Shown piece after piece: positions 14,540 through 27,638 of a DNA stretch of 64,000 bases. The position numbers and the translations under genes were made by a program. Each line of letters begins with the position of its first letter. Position 1 is the stretch's first letter. The DNA is from Octopus vulgaris. Lineage: Eukaryota. A model generated the notes under the pieces. The model did no database searches and had not been told where the DNA came from. It worked only from the letters and a program-made list of their open reading frames with translations. The DNA lies in contig OX597821.1 of the NCBI GenBank assembly GCA_951406725.2, forward strand, positions 4,402,001-4,466,000, in the 5' to 3' direction.

Positions 14540-14760
14540 CGGGAAGCTTTATGAAAATAAACAAAAGACGAAGGCAGGTGGAATATAAACAAACAATTGT
14601 ATTAGTATGGCGCTCAGGAATATAAATAAAACAAGTCTTTTACGTTTCGAGGCTACGCTCTGCAAAAGAAAGATACACAGAAATGAAACACGGAGAGAAA
14701 CAAGGAGAGAAAAAAATGCGTGCAGAAGCTAACGAATCAACATGGCGATCTGATTTCGGC
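14325..14760. mobile_element. Two related Penelope-like terminal-repeat fragments in opposite orientation around a (TA)n tract
   Basis: Plus strand cttt-ctgtggca-gagcgtaggttc-gaaacgtt-aaag (~14373-14409); minus strand tcttt-cttttgca-gagcgtagcctc-gaaacgta-aaaga (~14636-14673). PLE assignment is inferred from the minimal-hammerhead-like layout. Confidence 0.55.
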
Positions 14761-14881
14761 CAGAAGTCAAAGATGAAACATATATATATATATATATATA
14801 CGTGTCTATGTATGTATGTACAGATATATATATATACATATATAAACATACATACATTACATATATGCATACATATGCATA

Positions 14882-15535
14882 TATGTAGTCAAAAATTATC
14901 CACATTTTTGCCATAAAATATATATTTTTTATTGCCACACTGCATTCCATGCAGGCACGCTTATAGTTGGTACGATTGTGGAAAGATGATCGAATTTTGA
15001 GCCTGTTCGCGGCATTTTGCTTTGTAGCATTACAGTGAAAGCATACCCGTTCCACTCGCAATGTGAGCCAAAAAAGCACAAAGAGCAGTGGCCAGATTTC
15101 TGTCATCGGAAGGTGTGTCAGGTGCTGAAATTCATCGAAGGCTTTTAGCTCAATACGGAGTCAGAGCACTACCATGTAGAAGTGTGTAGAGTGCATCGAG
15201 GTTTAAAAGTGGCCAGACAAGCGTGACGTACGAATAAGGGGCAGGACACCCAAAAACCTCCGTCACTGACGAGAAGATTTAGCAAGCTCAAGAGATGGGA
15301 ATCGGCTCTCCATCCCTATCTCTCGGATCACTATTCTTTCACCTTTATCGGGACACACTGCTAGTGGAGTGGCCATGCTTACACTTTAAACCCAGGAAGA
15401 CAAATGACACGACAAGGCTCAAACTTAGATCACGTGACCATGATAGTACCACTGTAAGCACGCATGCGCTGAAGGCAGTGTGACAGTAATAAAGATAAGC
15501 TATGGCGAGAGTGCGGAGAATATTTGACTGGCATA
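14882..15535 (+). mobile_element. Internally deleted mariner element (N-terminal HTH relic)
   Basis: ~15050-15298 translates with stops/frameshift to QRAVARFLSSEGVSGAEIHRRLLAQYG...FKSGQTSVTYE*GAGHPKTSVTDEKI; imperfect TIRs agtcaaaaattatccaca / tgcggagaatatttgact. Confidence 0.8.
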
Positions 15536-15808
15536 TATATATATACATATATATATTCATTTATTGAAATACATACATGGCTACGTATAAGCACATATTT
15601 ATCCATTCGTATGTATAAAAGCACATATAGGGTAATGTATGTACACACACACATACACATATATATACACATACATATATTTATATATATATATATAGAT
15701 ATATGCACACATACATACATATGCATATATGCACATATGCATATATATATATATATATACAAACACACACGCACACACACACACACACACATATACACAA
15801 ACACACAC

Positions 15809-15870
<62 letters not shown>

Positions 15871-16489
15871 GAGGAAGCAATACCAACATAAAAACATACA
15901 CAAACGTACATACATTTCGTTTGAAACGTCCATTTACAATGAAATGAAAACAAATTTTAATGAATTATGAATTTAATTAAACTTAATATCGCCTCCAATG
16001 AATTATATATTATCTTTACATGTTTATTGGTCTAGATTAATAAGTGAATTATCTATGTTTTGAGAAAATAAATTATGTTGAACGTAATGATGTAAAAAAT
16101 TGAGTTATGCCAATATCATACACGTTACGAAAATCATCCAAATAGAAAAAATATGAAATAAGTAATTGAATTTTTAATGTAATATCTATATTGAGGTGGA
16201 ATCTCGTCTAAAATCTTGAGAAATTATGAATACACAGAAGTGATATCTTCATTTTTATCAATATACTAAATATTTTTCTGTCTATAATACGTTATGTGTT
16301 TTATTTATTTAAGTTGCTTAACAGGAAATATTGTGTGCTTATATATGTTTGTTTTATTTTGTTTTTGTTAAATTAGTAACGATATTGCATTGAAATATTT
16401 TTTTTAAATTTTGCCTTTTCTATGTGACACAAACTCACACAAACATTTATATGTATATATGTATGTATATATATGTATATATATGTTTC

Positions 16490-16540
<51 letters not shown>

Positions 16541-16582
16541 GCACACAAATACATGTGTGTCTACATATGTATATGTATATAC

Positions 16583-16627
<45 letters not shown>

Positions 16628-16633
<6 letters not shown>

Positions 16634-17199
16634 TTAAAATTACTAAGTCTCTCTAAAAGAGATTACGGCAGCGTTACTGGAAATTAATTGTTATTGCCAT
16701 ATTAATATGGCAGTCTTATAGATATAAGACTAAAAGCTGTCGCTGATTAGCTCCATGAGACCATCGCCTTAAGATAGCTATTTGACACACAAACTGTGTC
16801 CATTATAAACTTCGAACAAGGGAGGTCAGCCGCTTCACACTGCTAGTCAGACAGCTACAGACGCTTTTCAGGGTAGTTGCCCTTTGTCAATGTAACGTAG
16901 TCTTATATCTATAAGACTGCCATATTAATATGGCGATAACAATTAATTTCCAGTAACGCTGGCGTAATCTCTTTTAGAGAGACTTAGTAATTTTAATATT
17001 TCAATTATTGAAAACAAGTGGATGTATTCCACCGAAACTAGGTAAATATACCATCGAATAGAGACGATCAGTGGCGACACCTGCTGGGTCTGACTACGTT
17101 ACATTGACAAAGGGCCGATGGCCTCATGGCGCTAATCAGCGACAGCTTTTAGTCTTATATCTATAAGACTGCCATATTAATATGGCGATAACAATTAAT
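16628..17199. mobile_element. Palindrome-rich unclassified element with nested inverted repeats, TA-flanked
   Basis: 16628-16732 vs 16898-17002 inverted (2 mismatches); 16879-16902 vs 17092-17115 inverted; 16683-16766 vs 17116-17199 inverted. Confidence 0.85.
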
Positions 17200-17335
17200 A
17201 TATATATATTTATATTTATATGCCTATATTGAAACACTCGCACATAAATATAAATGTATATATGAGTATGTATATAATATGTGTGTGCGTTTGTGAGTGT
17301 TTGTGTGCCTCTGTTTATATGCATATATATGCATG

Positions 17336-18567
17336 TATATAAATTCAACAACAATTGTGGAATGGCATTAATAAGCCATTCGACCCACTAGAAAGAGCAG
17401 CCAGGATTCAAACCGCCAAGTATTAGTAATTTAGAAATTAGAGAAAATTTTAAAACATTTACCCTAAATCATCTTTAGACAATGCATTGTTTCGGTGTTT
17501 TTAATGGCAAACCAGCTTAATTAAATTAAATTAAGTCAATCCACCAAAGGCTACATCTCGTCGGTAAAGAGGCCAGGAGAGACGGATATACACGAGGCAT
17601 CTGTATCTATGCCCTAGGAATATCTGCCCTAAAATTTTCAAAACCATCGTACTCGCGCCAACTTATCAGCAGTAAATATAAACTGCTGATTCAATTTCAG
17701 AATTAGTCATAAAATCATCAATTAATCAATATAGGGTAGCAAAAGATTCAATAGAAATTTATCGCCACCAGCGGTCTAGTGAGAAAGAGGAAATAGTCAA
17801 AGACTATATATATAAATTCAACAACAATTGAGGAATGGCCTTAATAGGCCATTCGACCCACTAGAAAGATCAGCCAGGACTCAAACCGCCAAGTAGTAGT
17901 AATTCAGAAATTAGAGAAAATTTAAAAACATTTACCCTAAATCATCTTTAGACAATGCATTGTTTCGGTGTTTTTAATGGCAAACCAGCTTAATTAAATT
18001 AAATTAAGTCAATCCACCAAAGGCTACACCTCGTCGGTAAAGAGGCCAGGCGACAAATTTCTATTGAATTTTTTGCTACCCTATATTGATTAATTGATGA
18101 TTTTATGACTAATTCTGAAATTGAATCAGCAGTATATATTTACTGCTGATAAGTTGGCGCGAGTACGATGGTTTTGAAAATTTTAGGGGAGATATTCCTA
18201 GGGCATAGATACAGATGCCTCGTGTATATCCGTCTCTCCTGGCCTCTTTACCGACGAGATGTAGCCTTTGGTGGATTGACTTAATTTAATTTAATTAAGC
18301 TGGTTTGCCATTAAAAACACCGAAACAATGCATTGTCTAAAGATGATTTAGGGTAAATGTTTTAAAATTTTCTCTAATTTCTGAATTACTAATACTTGGC
18401 GGTTTGAGTCCTGGCTGCTCTTGCTAGTGGGTCGAATGGCCTATTAAGGCCATTCCTCAATTGTTGTTGAATTTATATATATAGTCTTTGACTATTTTCT
18501 CTTTCTCACTAGACCGCTGGTGGCGATAAATTTCTGTTGAATTTTTTGCTACCCTATATTGATTAAT
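17336..18567. mobile_element. 473-bp unit as direct concatemer followed by inverted concatemer
   Basis: aaattcaacaacaattg starts at 17341 and 17814; 18049-18567 is the reverse complement of the unit, with ggcga(c/t)aaatttct recurring at 18049 and 18522. Confidence 0.92.
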
Positions 18568-18570
18568 ATG

Positions 18571-18667
<97 letters not shown>

Positions 18668-18828
18668 ATAGATATGTGTGTGTGTGTGTACTTACATACA
18701 CACATATATACAACAATATTGTTTCAAAATGTGGTACACTGCCAGCAATTTTGCGGGAGAAGGTAAGTCGATGTCATCGACCACAGTTCTTTAATTTCAG
18801 AATTGAAGTAAACACGGACAAATTATAG

Positions 18829-18884
<56 letters not shown>

Positions 18885-18901
18885 CTATACATATGTATAT
18901 A

Positions 18902-20203
18902 CAGGGGTTGGGCAAAGCAATGGAAACATTTTAAAATTTCAAACTATTTTAATTCAATATGGGGTAGGGCCGTCTTTGGCACTAATTACAGCTCGGATTC
19001 TACGAGGTATGGACTCGTAGAAATTGTGAATTGTTTTCAAAGGAAGTTTTGTATATTCCTCAGCTAAAATAGTCTCCAGGTCTTGTAGAGATGTTGAGGA
19101 GGATATCGACTCTTTACTTCGTCTTCCAAAATGCACCTAAATGACTAATAATATTGAGATCTGGGTACTGTGGTCGCCAGATAAGATGTTTAACTTCACT
19201 ATAATGTTACTTGTGTCATTCAGTAACAATTTTAGCTGTGTTAATTGGGGTATTATCTTCCTGAAATTGTACGTTTCCCATTGGAAACAGTTCCTTAAAC
19301 ATTGGGTGAATTTGATCAACCTATGTTTAAGTAATTTTGAAAAATCCTTGTTTCTGCAGATTTCCAAGATATAGCCCACCAGATCATCACAGATCCTCAT
19401 CCATGTTTAACAGTTGGAAGAAGCCAGTCTCAGGCAAATGATTCTTTTGGCAGTCTTCACACGTATACTCGGCCGCTGTTTGGAAGTAAGTTAAAGGATG
19501 ACTCGTCTGAGAAAGTAACACTTCCCCTGCTCTAGCGACCAATTCTGTAGGTTTATACTCCACTCTAAACGCTTTGCAACGTTTGTTTTTGAAACCAGTG
19601 GTTTTCTGATTACAGGCTTTCCGTGAAATCCGATTTTGTGCAGCTCCCGGCGAAAAGTTTTTCTGGAAACTGGGTTCTCGAGGTGGTCATAAGATCTGCA
19701 GGAAGTTGGGGAGCTGTACTTTTCTAACAATTTGCGGTCCCTATCTGAAAATTTTCGTATTCTTTCGGAGGTTTCTTTCGACGAGGGATGTTTTTCCCTC
19801 TTTCTCAAAAGCTGTACTTTTCTAACAATTTGCGGTCCCTATCTGAAAATTTTCGTATTCTTTCGGAGGTTTCTTTCGACGAGGGATGTTTTTCCCTCTT
19901 TCTCAAAGGCTGTCATTACTTTTGGGACAGTACTTCTTGATACACCAAACATTTCGGCTGTTTTCGTTAAGACAGCGCCTCACATAAGAGCACCAATAAT
20001 TTGACCAATTTGAAAGGCCGATAGATTTGTCATTTTTATGAATTTTAATTAACTTTACTGAAGATATCTGAAAAGAAACAGCAAAACATATTAAGCAACA
20101 CTAATAATAAATTAAAAAACATAAAAATTAAACAAGCTTTAACGGTTTCATTGATATTTCAAAATTATGATGCTATGTGTTTCCTTATTTTGTCCAACCT
20201 CTA
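18902..20203 (-). mobile_element. Tc1-like DNA transposon, full length, transposase pseudogenised
   Basis: Imperfect TIRs caggggttgggcaaagcaatggaaaca / tgtttccttattttgtccaacctcta with TA flanks; ATG at 20033 (MTNLSAFQIGQIIGA), RRELHKIGFHGKPVIRKPLVSKTNVAKRLEW, C-terminal SIPRRIRAVISAKDGPTPY*; many frameshifts. Confidence 0.92.
19712..19907. repeat. Exact 98-bp tandem duplication inside the Tc1 relic
   Basis: agctgtacttttctaacaa...ctctttctcaaa at 19712-19809 and 19810-19907. Confidence 0.93.
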
Positions 20204-20221
20204 TATGTTTATGTGTATCTC

Positions 20222-20290
<69 letters not shown>

Positions 20291-20344
20291 ATAAATATAT
20301 CTGTATACACATATATATACCTACATACATTACATATATATATT

Positions 20345-20754
20345 ACTCTTTTACACTTTTACCTGTTTCAGTCATTTGACTGTGGCCATGCTCGAGCACC
20401 GCCTTTAGTGGAGTAAATCGACCCCAGGACTTATTCTTTGGAAGCCTAGTACATATTCTATCGGTCTCTTTTGCCGAACTGCTAAGTTACAGGAGCGTAA
20501 ACACACCAGCATCAGTTATCAAGCGATGTTGGGGGGACAAACACAGACGCAAACCTATACACGCATAATGCATATACATATACATATATACGACGGGTTT
20601 GTTTCAGTTTCCGTCTACCAAATCCACTCACAAGGCTTCGGACGGCCTGAGGCTATAGCAGAAGACACTTGCCCAGGGTGCCACGCAGTGGGACGAAACC
20701 CGGGACCATGTGGTTTGTAAGCAAGCTACTTACCACACAGCCACTCCTACGCCT
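20345..20754 (-). mobile_element. tRNA-derived SINE, family A (full length)
   Basis: Minus strand head aggcgtaggagtggctgtgtggtaag...ggtttcgtccc (A/B-box-like), CORE-like ccctgggcaagtgtctt, internal TA/TG tract, tail ggcggtgctcgagcatggccacagtcaaatgactgaaaca. Confidence 0.9.
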
Positions 20755-21479
20755 CATATATATATACATATATTTATATATAATCATATATATATATATA
20801 TGTATGTATATGTATCCTTGTATAAATGATGGATTCTATTCTCTCATCGTGAACGACAAATGCGATTCAGCAAAATAAAACGGTACTTATATTCTGTGGA
20901 AACGTATACGTCGCTTAAGCCCTGCTGGTTCTTTGCGAACGTCTTCGCAAATGGAACATCTTCAGGAATAAGTTTGCTCGATTCCTTGTGTAACATTTAC
21001 TGCCTGTTATATAAGATGAATTTGTCGAAAATAAAAGCAAAAGACAAACTTCTGTCCAAGACGGCTATTACTAAGTTGAGACAATGGACTCCCTGAATAC
21101 CTACAAAAATTATAATACTATTCATGCTTTATTGACTATAAAGTATACTTTGAATCTTTAATTCAATTTAATTAGTCTTACTAATAGCTAGCTACCACGC
21201 TACATTATAACCATCGATCTCTATTTGTTAATACTGATTTCTAACCGTTACTTCCCATCATGATACTTGATATCATTAAATTAAGAACCATAAGGTATTT
21301 CACACTTCATACGCTTCCTATCTTACACTGATATATGTGTCAGTGTAAACGGTAACTTTCAAAAATAGCCCCACTCGCAATACATTAAATGCAAGTCCTT
21401 GTTTTAGTTTCAGTAATGCTAACCTGGAACCTCGAGATAAATCAGCTACGTTTCCATATTAAAACACGGCAATATTATA

Positions 21480-22044
21480 TTGGGTTGTCCGAAAGTTCGT
21501 GCCGATTTATAGTAGCTTACCTTTTGACTTATTTTAGAACACGGTTGAGTCCATAAAATAGGATTTGACTACACCTCCATTTAAAGCACAGTTTAAGCTA
21601 TCTTTTCGTGGAAGAAGGTTTATGTTCTTATAACCTGTGTTAATTCCGTCACCCTTTCAAATGGAAGATAAGAAAGTACATTTTCGGCACTTGATGCTTT
21701 GAGAACCAGACAAAAATTGCTGCAGCTCGGCTGGGATGTGTTATCCTATCCTCCATATTCAGCAGATATTGCTCCTTCGGATTTCCACTTATTCAGGTCT
21801 CTGCAGAATAGTCTTAATGGTAAAAATTTCAATTCTTTGGATGACATAAACAGATACCTTGATGAATTCTTTGCCATGAAACCACCAAAATTCTGGGAAG
21901 AGGGTATTTTCAAGTTAAAGAAAAGATAGAGACGCATTGTGCAACAAAATGGTTCATATGTGGTTGATTAAAAATGCAATGACAAGTATTTATTGACCTT
22001 TTTCTGTCCTTTAAAAATCGGCACGAACTTTCCGAACAACCTAA
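21480..22044 (+). mobile_element. Mariner element with large internal deletion
   Basis: TIRs ttgggttgtccgaaagttcgtgccgattt / aaatcggcacgaactttccgaacaacctaa, TA on both sides; MEDKKVHFRHLML at 21661 joined to LGWDVLSYPPYSADIAPSDFHLFRSLQNSL (YSPDLAPSD-type motif). Confidence 0.95.
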
Positions 22045-22901
22045 TACTAAAGGTGAAATAACATTTGGTTTTGAAGTACTAGGTAAAACTTCTCTGTAAA
22101 TGGGAATTAGAAATATCTATAATTATAGATTCATTTCTTTGTGAATAACCTGGACGTCAGTACCAACATCCAAAATATCCACATTTGAAATGGAATTCAA
22201 ATATTTACAAAGTTTGGAGATATGTGCATTGATAGACATAAACGAGAGTTTAGACTCAAATTTTGAGCCGCAACCTATATTTTGATAGACAAAACGTAGG
22301 TAAAAATATGTAAAAGATAAGAGATATATAATGCATAAAATAATCTCAGAATAATAGATTTGATATATATGAAGGAAAGAATGAATTAATGAATCAATGA
22401 ATGAATGAACCACGACATACAAATGCCAGAAACTAAAAACATCCACAATTACAATAATCTATAGGTAAGGTGAGACTTTGAATCTCAATTATACTGAACA
22501 CGCAGGTGGAGAAGAATAATAACAGACGATGTGGATGGTAGGGTATGTATTCTCATAAAATTATATTTACGATAAGGGAATTCGATTAAAACGTCTCGTT
22601 ACGTAGAAAGATGGATTTATTACCCAATTATAAGATACAGATTTCCCCCATTGTAATAACAACAATCGAGAACAAGAGCAGAATTAGTGCGGGAGAGTGG
22701 GCTTTGGCGTCGCAAAATGGTGTGTAGATGCATACCACATCTCATATGAAATATACAATGAGGGTGGTGTTACATAGCGAATATTTAGGCGGAAATGTCT
22801 GTGTGTCAGTGTGGACAATCGAATTGGTTTACTTGCCTAATGATGTAGAATTTATCTATTTTATGAATATATCTATATCTGTATAGAAGCAGGTATATAT
22901 A

Positions 22902-22955
<54 letters not shown>

Positions 22956-23464
22956 CATATGTATATATGAGACAGAGATGCAGATAGACAGAGATAGAGA
23001 TAAAAATTTGTGTACATATATATGTATGTATATATATAGACACACACACACATATGTATATATATATGTATAACAGAGATTGAGAGAGAGATAGTAAAAC
23101 AGACCTGGAGAAGCAACGGCCAAATTAATCGAGTGAACTAGTGAACTATGATAAATATTTTCGCCTAAATATTTAGAGAAAATGGATTTAATTATGTAAT
23201 TGTCTGTGAGTGCGTATGTGTGTATTCTGGCATATACACACCCACCTACGCAGATATATTTCGTCTACACGCACTCAAACGCACACATATTGACACACAC
23301 AGACGTATATATCAATGGTTTGTTCTTTTGCTAGAAAAGCGAAAAGAATGTAAATTATAAGAAATGCGAGACATTAATGCTTCGTAGTTTTAACTTGTAT
23401 TTTGAGATATAGGGCTGAGGACCCTTCTTGAGTAAATCTTCAAGGATTTCGTGCAGCTCTCTAG

Positions 23465-23542
<78 letters not shown>

Positions 23543-23759
23543 TATATATATATTATATTATATTATATTATATTATATTATATTATATTTTATTATATAT
23601 ATTATATATATATTATATTATATTATATTATATTATATTATATATTATATAAAATTATATATATATTATATATTTTCAAAATGTGACCTCGTGTATACCA
23701 TTGTCGATTTTATTTCCTCTGTCTTCCCTTCTCTGGATCTTTCCTTCTCCTATGTTTCT

Positions 23760-24990
23760 GACATGCACGTATGTAAAACACGGAAGATGCTAACCAGTAC
23801 ACCTAATTTCCACAACAACAGTGACGTAGAACACCTCTACATGAAACGAAAACAAAGTGTCAGAGGCTTAATATCGATCCAGACTGTATGACGTATCATG
23901 TCCTTTCGGCAACATCTATTAACCATCAAAAATCGAGGTAATCCCTTCATCATGTTTGCATACATGTTAGTGATAACATTATAAATCTTTGAAGGCAGCT
24001 CCTTGAGCAGCAGTCCTTGCCTGATAAGCTTAAATGAATGGCAAAAAAGTCACACGACTCTATCGCAATGTACCATCAGCTGTAAGGATGAGCGTATATC
24101 AGCAGGAGACCATGCAAGATTATGTTAGTAGAAAGCTCAGAAATGAAAGCAATTTTGATCATGAAAGAAGCCTATAAGTGACCAACGACCGGATTACTAC
24201 TTCACACTTTGAGGGGTAAGCGTTTGCAATACAGAACAGGATATATCAGCCAAATACCCGATGCAGAAAAGGGACAGAGATGTAAGAATGGCATCAAAAT
24301 ATGACAACCGTTGCAGACCTTGTGGAAGTAACACCGATGATATCCCTCGCATCATAAGAAGTCCCCGAAACTGTCATCACATTTGTATCTACCGGTAATT
24401 CATGCTTTTGTAGCTATAACGATATCCGTCGCGAAGATAACCCGGATCACAAAGAAATAAGAACCCACAGTGTGGTGGAAGCCATAGCTATTCATATAAA
24501 AAGTAGTACTGGTGGAGTGTCTCAATGAAACCCTCAGTGAAATATAAGCACAACAGAGCTGACATAATGATTTGTGATACAGAAGAAAAATTGTTTAGAG
24601 TTGTAGAAATCAGCTGCTCAGCTGATGTTAACAGAAAGCTAAAGATCAGCGGAAAAGAAAACACCTACGCTGAACTATTGAGAAATTTGTAGTTACTCTA
24701 TCCAGATTACAAATTCAGGCTTATAACTGTAATTTGGGAGGTACTTGGATAGGTAACACACTGCTTACATACCAATGTTGAGAAATTAAGATTCTCAAAA
24801 CTATATTCGAAGCTTATTCGAAGACTACAGATCCAATTCATCACTGGAACTATAAACATCTGTAAAACTTTCCAGTTTATCATTTAAGTATATACAAGCA
24901 TGTCTAGATATGCAACTATATGCATGCGAATACATATATAAAAGGAAACACATATTCATATATAATACATACATACGTACCATGTTGATG
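23760..24990 (+). mobile_element. Decayed 3' half of a REL-endonuclease non-LTR retrotransposon (R4/Dong-like)
   Basis: Fragments KTRKMLTSTPNFHNNSDVEHLYMKRKQSVRGL, DNRCRPCG (zinc knuckle relic), KHNRADIMICDTEEKLFRVVEISC (PD-(D/E)xK relic); multiple stops and frameshifts. Confidence 0.8.
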
Positions 24991-25524
24991 TTAAAATTCC
25001 AATGAAAATTCTATAAAAGTGCACAGCGTCATAGATGTCAGCTCGCAAATATCAAACAGAAAGGGGATGGTTACTTTTAACTACGAAGCCTTTAGCTTCG
25101 AAACCTACATTATAAATTTACATTTAGATTAATAGATACACTTATTTTTTTGTAGTCAACGAGTCAGTGACACTCTGGGAAATATAGTGCTTCCAGAAAT
25201 GGGATAACACACCCATTGCAAATGCAATCTGTTAGAGGAATACTTAAAGTATGCAAGATTGTTCTTCAATTCAAAATGTGACGTTCTTTCTGTTATCTAC
25301 ATTCGAACGATGGAGTTTTGTACATTTGTTAGAAAACAGTACCGTCGTTACAAAAAAAGAGAAAGAAGAAATTAAAATAAGAGAGATACTAAACACATAC
25401 CTTCATTTATTAGAATGTTGAGACAAACAATGTCACGAATACTGCAGAAATAAAACTATAGTTACCGATTCAGCAGAAATAAAATTATAGCTACCGATTC
25501 AGCATGAATGGTTTTTATAAAATC

Positions 25525-25757
25525 TATTTCTTTACTACCCACAAAGGGCTAAACACAGAGAGGACAAACAAGGATAGACAAACGGATTAAGTCGATTATA
25601 TTGACCCCATTGCGTAACTGGTACTTAATTTATCGACCGCGAAAGGATGAAAGGCAAAGTCGACCTCGACAGAATTTGAACTCAGAACGTAACGGCAGAC
25701 GAAATACGGCTATTCATTTCGCCCGGCGTGCTATCGTTTCTGCCAGCTCGCCGCCTT
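25525..25757 (-). mobile_element. SINE family B, monomer
   Basis: Full head-to-tail match to 43397-43625; imperfect 16-bp TSD at 25509-25524 and 25758-25773. Confidence 0.92.
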
Positions 25758-27407
25758 TGATTTTTATAATATCGTAAAGTCAATACCACCATGACCGATA
25801 CCCAAACTACGGTGGAGAAGGCTAGCCACTGGATTTGCTTAAAAAGAGACGATGAGCGATGGTTAGAATAATATTGAGCTTTATTTGATAACTATTTGAT
25901 CTCGTAATCGGGGCCCCATATCAGTGATGGGGGCCCCGAAACGGCACGCATTCTCTCCTGATGACCCCATACACTTGCTGGCTTCCGGTATGCAGAGTTT
26001 TTGACTGGTAGCCCTTGCATGTGCAAGTTGTTTACAAGTCACACAAGGTTCACGCCTGTCTAGGTATAAATTGTTTAAATTGACTCGTATGCATGATCCA
26101 ACCTCGATTACGTTTTACTATGCTTGAATACGGTTTTAACTGCGCGCATTAAACTATACATATTGAAATGGAGCTGCAATAAGCATTCCGTTAATATATG
26201 TCAGATTATATAAGCCCTTGCTTTTCCTTTCTTTACCGCCGGTGTCTCTGGCAACAGAAAATATGACGTCAATTGTAAGATATGGCTGATCCGAAAATTG
26301 TTTCCAATGTAAACAGCATTCTGCCTACTTATTTTAGTAACCATAACAATAAGATGCATTTGTTGACAATGCTTGTACTGAATTAAGAATTCGAGTCCGA
26401 TCGCTAAAATACTAAAATAAGAATTATGAATAAAATATTCTGCTTTATTACTAAACAGAATACAGTGGCGAATACATCCGATGCAAAGAGAAATGGAATT
26501 CCTATTATCTCCGAACAAACAAAAGAAACAACGCTTATGACATCCACTTTGCAAAATATTTATACCAGGTCTAATATTATATAATAACACGAGAAATGAA
26601 CCATCCCGGGGCCTTGTTAACTACAAAAGGATAACAAGGAATTTAATCATTCATTCAAAAATATTCAAATTGACACAAATACAAGACAATGCAATGTGTA
26701 TACAGTCTGTTAAAATGCAAAATATGTACATCTCTATTTTTCTTGGTCTTTCTATATATGTATGTCTATGTGTATATTCGTTTGTGTGTGTGTGCGGGGG
26801 TGTGCAAGCGTGCATATGTCTGTAACAACTCGTTTCTTCGATCCATAGCCAAGAATCGAAACCTTAGCCGAGATTTTCCAACGAGATTTTCCTTCCTTTT
26901 CGGCGTTAGTACTCGGACATTTATGAGGTCACCTGTCAAACTTGGTCTTTTTGTTTCAGTAAGAATTCTACGGTCATTTGGAGATGAAGATAGATAAAGT
27001 ACATATTTGCCTTTGTTCTAGGACATATATTCAGTTATTCCCATAGGTATAAATAGGAACTCTTATAGAACATCATCTGTCACTTTTCTTTCGCCTGCAA
27101 ATGGTATACGTCTTTCGCTTTCTAGCAAGCAACTCTTCCTAACAGACAGACATAAGGCACGTGAGCATCAATGTTGTCATACTGCTTTACTACTGAATAG
27201 CAAACAGACAGTATAGCCTTGTAAACTGACCCTACACGCAAACAAAAGCAGTGAGCATTATAACATATCTATGCATCTATGTATGTACGTATGCATTCAC
27301 ATATGTACGGCAATATGTGTGTCCCATATGTTTCGAATATGTCTGTTAGAAGACTTAAGTTCACTACGTTAAGAACAATTGAGATTCTCTTATGATAATC
27401 ATAACAT

Positions 27408-27578
27408 AAGCGTAGGAGTAGCTGTATGGTAAGTAGCTTGCTTACCAACCACATGGTTCCGAGTTCGGTCCCACAGCCTAGCACCTTGGCCAAGTGCCTT
27501 CTACTATAACCTCAGGCCGACCAAAGCCTTGTGAGTCGGTTTGGTAGACGGAAAATGAAAGAAGTCCTCGTATATATG

Positions 27579-27638
<60 letters not shown>

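Noticed and set aside
18120-18185. Type III hammerhead at ctgataag following the cagcagta hairpin
   Set aside because: Core lacks G8, the cleavage triplet is out of register and there is no convincing stem II.
25905-25970. Hammerhead from gaaa...ctgatga near a GC hairpin
   Set aside because: Stems I and II cannot form in the required topology.
26459-26585. Possible exon after aaacag with long open stretches in all three frames
   Set aside because: Weak polypyrimidine tract, weak donor and no recognisable protein.
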